A stretch of DNA of 24,511 nt from Octopus sinensis. Lineage: Eukaryota. This document shows, one piece after another, positions 1-8,577 of this stretch. The notes beneath the pieces were generated by a model that worked only from the letters and a program-made list of their open reading frames with translations, was not told the origin of the DNA and made no database searches. Positions within the stretch are counted from its first letter, which is position 1. The number at the start of each line of letters is the position of its first letter. The position numbers and the translations under genes are program-made. The DNA lies in NCBI RefSeq assembly GCF_006345805.1, contig NW_021836283.1:1-24511 (forward strand), written 5' to 3'.

Positions 1-363
1 GTGTTTAGCCCCTTGTGGGTAATAAGAAATAGGTATTTCGACTGCCGCTACGTTCTGAGTCCAAATTCCGCCAGGGTCGTTTAAATAAGTACCAGTTACG
101 CACTGGGTCGATATAATCGATTTAATCCATTTGTTTGTCCCCTCTGTGTTTAGCCCCTTGTGGGTTGTAAAGAAATAGGTATTTCGTCTGCCGCTACGTT
201 CTGAGTTCAAATTCCGGCGAGGTCGAATTTGTCTTTCATCCTTTCGGGGTCGATTAAATAAGTACCAAGTTACGCACTGGGGTCGATATAATCGATTTAA
301 TCCACCTGTCTGTCCTTGTTTGTCCTCTCTGTGTTTTAGCCCCTTGTGGGCAGTAAAGAAATA
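1..363 (+). mobile_element. SINE-A (tRNA-derived) head-to-tail concatemer: tail fragment, unit 32-177 with internal deletion, unit 178-363
   Basis: B-box-like GTTCAAATTCC, body GCCTTTCATCCTTTCGGGGTCGA...AAGTACCAG and tail TTAGCCCCTTGTGGG...AAAGAAATA; same sequence at 9350-9703 (-), 14145-14375 (+) and 20030-20220 (+). Confidence 0.85.
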
Positions 364-379
364 AAAAATGGCGGAGTGT

Positions 380-593
380 TGTTTCCTGTCCCTTCTGTTG
401 TAAAATGAGCTTCAGCAATAACAGGGAAGTTAACTCTAAGGGGGACTGGCATCCAATCCAGAGGGAGTTGTAATTTCAGTTATTTATATTCCATGGTAAC
501 TAGGTTAAGCTCCAGCTTTATGGGGCTTAGGGTTCAAGGTGGTGCCCCAGTATGGCCACAGTCCAATGCTTGAAACAAGAAAGGAACAAAAAA
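380..593 (+). mobile_element. Degenerate SINE remnant with CORE-like segment and CR1-type 3' tail
   Basis: GTTTCC...CTGTTGTAAAATGAG resembles the CORE-SINE motif; ends in GGTGGTGCCCCAGTATGGCCACAGTCCAATGCTTGAAACAAGAAAG, homologous to the SINE-BC tail. Confidence 0.45.
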
Positions 594-609
594 TGAAGAT
601 GTGTGTATT

Positions 610-617
610 AGACAGAC

Positions 618-651
<34 letters not shown>

Positions 652-699
652 ATAGAAAGACAGATAGACAGACAGAAGGATAGACAGACAGATAGATAA

Positions 700-748
<49 letters not shown>

Positions 749-830
749 CAGATAAATAGATAGACAGATGGACTGAGAGAGAGAGAGAGAGAGAGAGAAA
801 TTGATAGACAGACAGGTAGATAGATAGAAA
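610..830. repeat. (TAGA)n/(GACA)n/(GA)n microsatellite
   Basis: Direct reading of tandem units. Confidence 0.97.
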
Positions 831-1196
831 TCATTATCCTCATCAATATCATGAATTCCATTCATGCATGCATGCGTCCATGCATGTGCACGCACGCGTG
901 TGTGTGTCCGTCCATGCGTGCCCATGTTTGCCATTTCGTATTTTGCTTTCACTTATTAAAAATGTACAGTAATTTGTAAACACCACATGAAAAGGTGACA
1001 TCAAAGGGTTGTTACTAACGAAACAGGTAACAACAACACAGGTAACTTGTACAGGTACTAAGTCTTTGATGTTTACTAGTTTACTAAAAGCCCTCCATGT
1101 CAATCAGTGCCTCTATTGTGACCTTAGTCCATCATTTTAAACAGTGTTAGCGTAATTCTGACACTTAAGAATGGTTTCTGATACAGGCCTGGTATC

Positions 1197-1565
1197 ATGC
1201 TAGAAATAACAGCCAAGTACACTGAAATTTGCATTATTTTTCATAGGAAAGTGAAGGACACGTTAAGATGCATTTATAAAAATAGTCCTATAGGTGGTCT
1301 AGTACTTATGCTAGAAATAACAGCCAAGTACCCTGAAATTTGCGTTATTTTTCATAGGAAAGTGAAGGACACATTAAGATGTATTTATAAAAATAGTCCT
1401 ATAGGTGGTCTAACATATGCTAGAAATAACAGCCAAGGACCCTGAAATTTGCATTGTTTTTCATAGAAAATGAAGGACACTTTAAGATGCATTTATAAAA
1501 ATAGTCCTATAGGTGGTCTAACATCATGCTAGAAATAACAACCAAGTACCCTGAAATTTGCATTG
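1197..1565. repeat. Tandem repeat of ~110-bp unit, about 3.4 copies (unit starts 1197, 1308, 1417, 1526)
   Basis: ATGCTAGAAATAACAGCCAAG...AAAATAGTCCTATAGGTGGTCTA repeated with spacings of 111, 109 and 109 bp. Confidence 0.95.
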
Positions 1566-1643
1566 CTTAGCCACACACGGAAAAATTAGAAATAGCAGTC
1601 AAAGCCCGCTATATTTCTAATTTTTCAGTATGTGACTAAGCAA
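1563..1643. repeat. Inverted repeat with 34/36-bp arms and 11-nt loop
   Basis: Left arm TTGCTTAGCCACACACGGAAAAATTAGAAATAGC versus reverse complement of right arm TTGCTTAGTCACATACTGAAAAATTAGAAATATAGC: 3 mismatches and a 2-nt indel. Confidence 0.9.
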
Positions 1644-1657
1644 CCTGTTGCTTGCCC

Positions 1658-1688
<31 letters not shown>

Positions 1689-1775
1689 TTTTGAAAAGGT
1701 TCCTACCGATAATGGTTATTACCGAAATCTACCCGGAAATAATTGTTGATTTTGAAATTAATAATTATTTACCCT

Positions 1776-1780
1776 TATAT

Positions 1781-1830
<50 letters not shown>
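1776..1830. repeat. (TA)n microsatellite
   Basis: Direct reading. Confidence 0.95.
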
Positions 1831-2132
1831 TTTTTTTCTCTGGTTCAGCTCAGAGCTGCGGCCATGCTGATGCACTGCCATTTTGCGCGACACTGTTATT
1901 GCGACGAACCTCGTCTAATATGTGGCACTTGGTGAAGAATGGAGTTTGATACATCTACTCTCATTTGCACCTCTTGCCGTGAGGTAGGTTCATCTGGGAC
2001 TCTTGACAGGAAGATGTCCAGCTTTGATTTAAAAACCGCTTCATCTACTTTGTGCAAGTTCCTCAGACTCTTTGGGAGAATATTAAAAAGCTGTGGGCCC
2101 TTGAAACCCAGGCTGTTGCAAAAGCTGGTCCT
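1831..2132 (-). mobile_element. 5'-truncated CR1/L2-group LINE: ORF2 C-terminus plus 3' UTR and A-rich end
   Basis: Translation RTSFCNSLGFKGPQLFNILPKSLRNLHKVDEAVFKSKLDIFLSRVPDEP matches the typical CR1-group ORF2 end (GPxLFNxLP...FKxxLDxFL..PDxP); stop at 1896; UTR stem-loop then AGAGAAAAAAA. Confidence 0.85.
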
Positions 2133-2149
2133 ATATATATATATAGGGA

Positions 2150-2340
2150 GAATTAAAAAAAAAACAAAAGACGAAAACAGGTGGTGTAGACAACAAACAA
2201 TTGTATTAGTATAACGCTCAGGAACAGAAAAATTCTTTAACGTTTCAAGCCTACGCTCTTCTTCAGAAAGGGACACAGAAAGAAACAAGGAGAGGAAAAA
2301 AAGAAAAGGAGAGAAAAATACAAGGAGAGAAAATATATAT
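2150..2340 (-). mobile_element. Penelope-like element terminal remnant, non-coding
   Basis: Contains CTGAAGAAGAGCGTAGGCTTGAAACGT, the hammerhead-type motif characteristic of Penelope terminal repeats; no ORF; boundaries approximate. Confidence 0.55.
2235..2270 (-). ncRNA. Minimal type I hammerhead ribozyme motif, possibly weakened
   Basis: Minus strand CTTT-CTGAAGA-A-GAGC-GTAG-GCTT-GAA-A-CG-T-T-AAAG: stem I CTTT/AAAG, CUGANGA core, stem II GAGC/GCTT, GAAA core, palindromic ACGT stem III. Confidence 0.6.
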
Positions 2341-2771
2341 GCACACACAACTGCATTTCAGGGTCAGTCTGGTTAAGGACCAGATGTGGTGGTAATAGAA
2401 TTCAAACACAAAATTTCTGCCACCCGCACTCCCACCTACTTGTCAGCCTAAACACACACACACACACACACCACACCCAACCCCCCCCCCCCTTCCCAAG
2501 GAATACAGATTGTGGTTGTCCCTTGTTTTGACTTCCTTGTCAGATAAGGGAGGTCTTGACAAATAGTCATTCACCACATCCTGGTGATGTTAAAGAAGGG
2601 TGAGGTCAGAGGACAAGGGGGGTGCAGGTGGTGGTGACAGTCAAGGCTGTGATGGGGGGGGGGGCAGTGGTGGTGGTGGTGTTGATGATGAATGTGGGTT
2701 AGGGTTAGGGTAGGGATTATGTTATTGGGTTAAACTGATACATGCATACAAACAAAACATACACATACAAA

Positions 2772-2802
<31 letters not shown>

Positions 2803-2846
2803 GTTTAACGTCCCTTTCCATGCTAGCATGTGTTGGACGGTTCCAG
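2772..2846 (-). mobile_element. Short RTE LINE 3' end with (GAT)n tail
   Basis: (CAT)n-CGTTTAACGTCC...CATGCTAGCATG...TTGGACGGTT on the plus strand; same as the 3' UTR end of the RTE at 16415-17545. Confidence 0.85.
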
Positions 2847-3239
2847 TGAATTGCCTCAGGTGCTGCTATTCCCACAGACGGTGCCCACCTGACCCTACCA
2901 TACAGTGTAGTCGACAAAATCAAAAGCAAACAATGAACACACACTAAATTAATAATATAAAATGGCAACAATTTACTCATAGTACTCATAGTACACGCAT
3001 GTGTGTGTGTGCACGCGCGCGCGCGTGTGTGTGTGTGTGTGTGTGTTGTGTATGGATGCACATACATACTTACACAGAAAGGTGGAGAAGGACTGGATGG
3101 AATGGGGGTGGGAGAAGAGTTTTTTTTTTCTTTTTCCATGCATAAAGAAATCAAAGCTGGTTCAGGTACAGCAGGTGTTTCGGTAACAAGACTAAGTGTG
3201 CCACAGATGGTGTGTGGGGGGAATGGATACGGTGGGGGG

Positions 3240-3540
3240 GGAGTATATATATATATAATATATATATATACATCCATACACAGACGCATATATATATATA
3301 TACAAACCTTTACACACTCACATACATATTGATGTGTAAGAGAGAGAGAGACAGAGAGACAAAAAGCCAGGTAGGACGTTAAAGAGGAAGAGAATAGTAT
3401 ATAATGTAAGTAAGTATGTATGTATGTATATGCATATATATATATATGTATATATATATATGCATATATATATATTATATATATATATATTATATATATA
3501 TGTATATACATAATACATATATATAATGCATATACAATAC

Positions 3541-3591
<51 letters not shown>

Positions 3592-3761
3592 CACAGATAT
3601 ATATATATATCTACATACATACACAGATATATATATATATTTGTACATAATACACAGACAGACAGACAGATAGATATAGATAATGATAGAGTAGATATAG
3701 ATAGATAGATAGATAGATAGATTGATAGATAGATAGATAGTAGATAGATAGATAGATATTG

Positions 3762-3808
<47 letters not shown>

Positions 3809-3820
3809 TAGATAGATTGG

Positions 3821-3884
<64 letters not shown>

Positions 3885-3960
3885 CAAGCAGACACAAAGA
3901 CAGATAGATAGATAGATACATACATACCTACATAAATAGATGGATAGACAGAGAAAGAGA
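3240..3960. repeat. Compound (TA)n, (TAGA)n and (GA)n microsatellite block
   Basis: Direct reading. Confidence 0.95.
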
Positions 3961-4169
3961 GAAGAGAGAGAAAGAGAGAGGGTTTCACAGGGACAGGTGA
4001 GGAGCTGGATGAGGCCAGGGTGGGGGTGAGGTGAGGTGGGGCAATACTAGACAATTTGAGGAGTGAGTTATGTCAGGTGTTTTTGACAATAGCACACCTT
4101 TTGTAATCACAGACGCCACTGGTATTGTGACACAAGCCAAATGACTCCCTGGCTTGTGCACACACTGTT

Positions 4170-4612
4170 ATACAATATATATGTGTGTGTGTGGGGGTAT
4201 GTATATATATGTAAGTATGTGTATATGTGAATATTCATGTGTGTATATATATATATGCGTATATGTGTATTGTATGTGTATGTGTCTATGTATATGGTTG
4301 CACGAACATAGACACACAACACAAATCTATTTGTCTGTACACCTGTCGTTCACTACACCAGAACATACACCTGAGTGCGTATGTATGTGGGTATGTATGT
4401 GTATATATGTGTGTAATGTGCGATCGTGCGTGTGTGTACATATATTGATATACACACAAACACACAGTCACACACACAGACACACACACGCACACATACA
4501 CAGATATATATACATACATACATACAATCGGCAGGTGTAATAAATTCTTTTTTTCTTTCTTTCTGTTTTGTCTATCAGTATCTATGGGTGTGTATGTATA
4601 TATGTATGTGTG

Positions 4613-4659
<47 letters not shown>

Positions 4660-4790
4660 GTATGTATATCATCATCATCATCCTCATCGTTTATATACAT
4701 ATATATATGTATACATATATATACATATATATATATATATAATATATATATTTATATATGTACATACATGTATCATGTATGAATATGAGG
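4170..4790. repeat. Compound (TATG)/(TA)/(CA) low-complexity block
   Basis: Direct reading. Confidence 0.9.
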
Positions 4791-4989
4791 GAGAGAAAGT
4801 GTGCGTGCATGCGTGTGTGAGTGTCTTTCTGTCCCCACTCCCATCCCCCCCCCCCCGGTCCTCACGCGTGGTCGACTCGTGCCCCTCCAAAGCTACCATA
4901 GCACTGTAACCGAAACACTATCATGCCATTGTGCGCATACACATTGCATGCGAAATCATTCTATGAATAAAGATTTGTGAGGTGTACAT

Positions 4990-5165
4990 CTTTTTATCTT
5001 TTACCTGCTTCAGTTATTTAGACTGGGGGGGGGGGGCCATGCTGGAGCACTGCTCTGAAGGGTTTTAGTACACCAAATCGACCCCAGGACTTTTTTGTAA
5101 ATTCTGGTACTTTTTCTATTGGTTACTTTTGCTAAATTGTGACGGTGGGACAAGCACACACACAC
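4990..5165 (-). mobile_element. SINE-BC 3' half (C part), degenerate
   Basis: Reverse complement of the AAATCGACCCCAGGACTT and GGCCATGCTGGAGCACTGC tail shared with other copies. Confidence 0.75.
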
Positions 5166-5218
5166 AAGCATATATACATATATATATGTATATATATATA
5201 TATATATGTGTATGTATA

Positions 5219-5373
5219 AGGCGTGGCTGTGTGGTAAGAAGCTTGCTTCCCAACCATATGTTTCTAGGTTCAATACCACTATGTGGCACTTGGGCGAGTG
5301 TCTTCTCTTACAGCCTTGGGCCAACAAAGCCTTGTCAGAGGATTTCGTAGAGGGAAACTGAAAGAAGCCTGTC
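5219..5373 (+). mobile_element. SINE-BC 5' half (tRNA-like B part)
   Basis: A-box-like TGGCTGTGTGGTAAG, B-box-like GGTTCAATACC, then TTGGGCGAGTGTCTT...GAAACTGAAAGAAGCC. Confidence 0.85.
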
Positions 5374-5387
5374 ATATATATATATAT

Positions 5388-5790
5388 GGAGTGGCTGTGT
5401 GGTAAGTAGCTTGTTTACCAACCACATGGTTCCGGGTTCAGTCCCACTGCGTGGCACCTTGGGCAAGTGTCTTCTACTATAGCCTCGGGCCGACCAAAGC
5501 CTTGTGAGTGGATTTGGTAGACGGAAACTGAAAGAAGCCTGTCGTATATATGTATATATATATATATAAGTGTGTGTGTATATGTAGGTGTGTTTATCCC
5601 CCTAGCATTGCTTGACAACCGATGCTGGTGTGTTTATGTCTCCGTTACTTAGCGGTTCGGCAAAAAGAGACCGATAGAATAAGTACTGGGCTTACAAAAG
5701 AATAAGTCCCGGGGTCGATTTGCTCGATTAAAGGTGGTGCTCCAGCATGGCTGCAGTCAAATGACTGAAACAAGTAAAAGAGTAAAAGAG
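5388..5790 (+). mobile_element. Full-length SINE-BC: tRNA head, (TA/TG)n linker, CR1-type tail
   Basis: TGGCTGTGTGGTAAG...GGTTCAGTCCC pol III boxes; tail GGTGCTCCAGCATGGCTGCAGTCAAATGACTGAAACAAGTAAAAGAG. Confidence 0.9.
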
Positions 5791-5795
5791 TATAT

Positions 5796-6105
5796 CATCA
5801 TCATCGTTTAACGTCCGCTTTCCATGCTGGCATGGGTTGGACGATTTGACTGGGGACTGGTAAACCAGATGGCTGCACCAGGCTCCAATCTTGATCAGGC
5901 AGAGTTTCTACAGCTGGATGCCCTTCCTAACGCCAATCACTCCGAGAGTGTAATGGGTGCATTTTATGCGCCACTGGCACGAGGGTCAGTCAGGCGGTAC
6001 TAGCAACGGCCACGCTCAAATGGTGCTTTTTGCGTGCCACCTGCACAGGACCCAGTCCAGTGGCACTGGCAACGACCTCACTCGAATGTCTTTCTATGTG
6101 CCATG
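5796..6105 (-). mobile_element. RTE LINE 3' UTR fragment with (GAT)n tail
   Basis: CATCATCGTTTAACGTCC...CAGCTGGATGCCCTTCCTAACGCCAA; family match within the window. Confidence 0.85.
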
Positions 6106-6165
6106 AGCACATGACTGAAACAAATAAAAGAATAGAAGAATACACACACATATATATATATATGT

Positions 6166-6360
6166 GTGCAGGTGGCACATAAAAAGCACCCACTACACTC
6201 ACGGAGTGGTTGGCGTTAGGAAGGGCATCCAGCCATAGAAACACTGCCAGATCAAGACTGGAGCCTGGTGCAGCCTCCTGGCTTCCCAGACCCCAGTTGA
6301 ACCGTCCAACCCATGCTAGCATGGAAAACGGACGTTAAACGATGATGATGATGATGATGA
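6166..6360 (+). mobile_element. RTE LINE 3' UTR fragment with (GAT)n tail
   Basis: GGTTGGCGTTAGGAAGGGCATCCAG...GGACGTTAAACGATGATGATG. Confidence 0.9.
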
Positions 6361-6650
6361 TATATATACACACACAAAGTTATATATTCATGATTTTGGA
6401 ACATCAAAAGAATATTTATATGAAGAAAGGATTATATATATGTGTATATGTGTGTGTGTGTGTATTTTCATATATGTATATATACATACACACACACACA
6501 TGTATATATGCATATGTGTGTGTATGTATGTGTATCATCATCATCATCATCATCGATGTATATATATACATATGTATGTGTATGCATGTCTATATATATA
6601 TATATATAATATATATATATTCTTTTATTCATTTATTCTTTTATAGATAG

Positions 6651-6681
<31 letters not shown>

Positions 6682-6696
6682 GAAAGATAGATAAAC

Positions 6697-6747
<51 letters not shown>

Positions 6748-6820
6748 CCGATAGATAGATAGATAGATATATATATATAGATAGATAGATAAATAGATAG
6801 ATAGATTGATAGATAGATAG

Positions 6821-6861
<41 letters not shown>

Positions 6862-7060
6862 GATAGGTAGATAGATAGATAGATGGATAGATAGATAGAT
6901 GATAGATAGATAGATAGATAGATAGATATAGCTAGACAGCTAGATAGATAGACTTATATGTAGATAGGTAGATAGACAGAGATTTATTCATACATAGATA
7001 CATACATACAAATATATTCATACTTACACAAAGACATACATGGATATACATACACCCACA
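6361..7060. repeat. (TA)n/(TATG)n and long (TAGA)n microsatellite block
   Basis: Direct reading. Confidence 0.95.
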
Positions 7061-7065
7061 CATAC

Positions 7066-7215
7066 TAATGAAGCAAATGTACCCTGTACCCAAACTACAA
7101 CCAATAATACCAGCTTCTTCATAGACTTCACAGCCGTGCTTAATATCCTAACACTTGTATTGTATATGTTTATGTAACGCGTGAAAACTATGGTATCAGA
7201 CAATATCAACAAACC
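7066..7215 (-). other. Candidate 150-nt internal coding exon, unverified
   Basis: TCTTTATAG acceptor before 7215, GTATGT donor after 7066, open in phase 0 (GLLILSDTIVFTRYINIYNTSVRILSTAVKSMKKLVLLVVVWVQGTFASL); no homolog recognised. Confidence 0.2.
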
Positions 7216-7544
7216 CTATAAAGATTTATCCAATTGTAAATTGCTTTATTTTGTGTCTTTTTCTTTAAAAAACTGTGCCGCGTTTTGCACCGGAAGTTAG
7301 GTAAGAATATTCAATAGAGAAGTCTTTTGTAAGACACAGTATTTTCTCCGCAAACAATGGATGGGGAAAAATCTTAGGTCTTAAGGAGTGGAGCGAGTAT
7401 GTACAACCGTGCGGAGGTGTGGAGGTTTTGGGGTGTAAAAGAGCTGGGAGTGGAGGAGATGTGGAGAAAGTGGACGGTGGGGGTGGAGGGGAGCATTGTA
7501 GGAAGTTTTTAGCTTTAAACTTTTATGTTTTCTTTCGCTGTTGG

Positions 7545-7910
7545 GTTATTTCAGTCATTAGACTGTGGCCATGCTGGAGCAACGCTTTGATTTTTTTTTT
7601 GATTTTTTCTTTTTTAGTCGATTGAATCGACCACAGTGCTTAGATTTTCATTCACCGGCTACTTATTCTATTGGTCTGTCTTGCTGGACTGCTAAGTTAC
7701 GGGGGATGTAAACAAACCAACAATGGTTGTCAAGTGGTGGAACACTTGACAACCATTGTGGAACAGTCATTTCCATCTGCTAAATCCATTCACAAGGCAT
7801 TTGTTGACATGAGGCTATAATAGCAAGCACCGACCCAAGGTGCCATGCAATGGGACTGAACCCAAAACCACAAGGTTGCTAAACAAAGTGCCTTAACCAC
7901 TCAGCCGTGC
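7545..7910 (-). mobile_element. Diverged SINE-BC copy with the linker replaced by a hairpin
   Basis: Tail TTTCAGTCATTAGACTGTGGCCATGCTGGAGC and head CCCAAGGTGCCATGCAATGGGACTGAACCC on the plus strand. Confidence 0.8.
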
Positions 7911-7919
7911 CCCAGGACT

Positions 7920-7932
7920 TACTTTTTATATA

Positions 7933-7977
<45 letters not shown>

Positions 7978-8002
7978 TATTATATATATTACACACACCA
8001 CC

Positions 8003-8043
<41 letters not shown>

Positions 8044-8110
8044 TATATATATTATATATATATATTATATTTATATTATATATATGTATATTATATGTAT
8101 ATATATATAT
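7920..8110. repeat. (TA)n-rich microsatellite
   Basis: Direct reading. Confidence 0.95.
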
Positions 8111-8577
8111 GTTTTCCTATTTCATTCACCAAAGTTTATTTAAAGTAGGAAACTTTGTTAACTCACAAAACATTTTCATTTCCGCCTAATAAAATGCAAC
8201 GAAGGAGAAACTGAATGAAAATTAAGGAAGGAAAATAAATCAAAAGGAAGAAAAGAAATAATAAAAAAAAAAAAAAAAAAAAAAAAACCCCAGCTACATT
8301 GGAAGAAGAGAAAATGGGAAGAAAAAGTTTCTTTGAGGCTTGAGAATTGTGTTTGGTTTATTGTGGAAACTCTCAGTCATTTTTAAGGCTTTTTGCTTTT
8401 TTCTTTTTGATTTATAATGCACCAATGATCAAAGGGGAAATATTTACTGCGGCACTGGACATTTTCATAAGGTTAACCATTTAGCATTCAGATTATCACA
8501 TGCTTCTTTAATCTAATCGCAGTGTTTTCTGTTAATCCTGGATTATCTCATAGCTTTGAGATTTCAGTGATGGGATT

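Noticed and set aside
1023-1060. Three spaced ACAGGTA motifs resembling tandem splice donors or recursive splice sites
   Set aside because: No upstream polypyrimidine tracts; more simply a decayed short tandem repeat.
1197-1565. ORF 1197-1445 as a gene, or the array as CRISPR
   Set aside because: The ORF merely reads through two repeat units and shifts frame in the third; units are contiguous with no unique spacers, there are no cas genes, and the context is eukaryotic.
2696-2715. GGGTTAGGGTTAGGGTAGGG as an interstitial telomere
   Set aside because: Only two perfect TTAGGG units in a G-rich tract; compatible with chance.
4128-4161. 9-bp stem hairpin CACAAGCCA/TGGCTTGTG
   Set aside because: Short enough to arise by chance in 24 kb; no supporting context.
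5388-5460. SINE heads as tRNA genes
   Set aside because: They have A/B-box-like motifs but no complete cloverleaf, and they continue into SINE body sequence in every copy.
7075-7150. Alternative minus-strand frame DIKHGCEVYEEAGIIG resembling the end of a Nudix box (REVYEEAG)
   Set aside because: The upstream part of the Nudix box is absent, a stop lies immediately upstream, and the match is too short.
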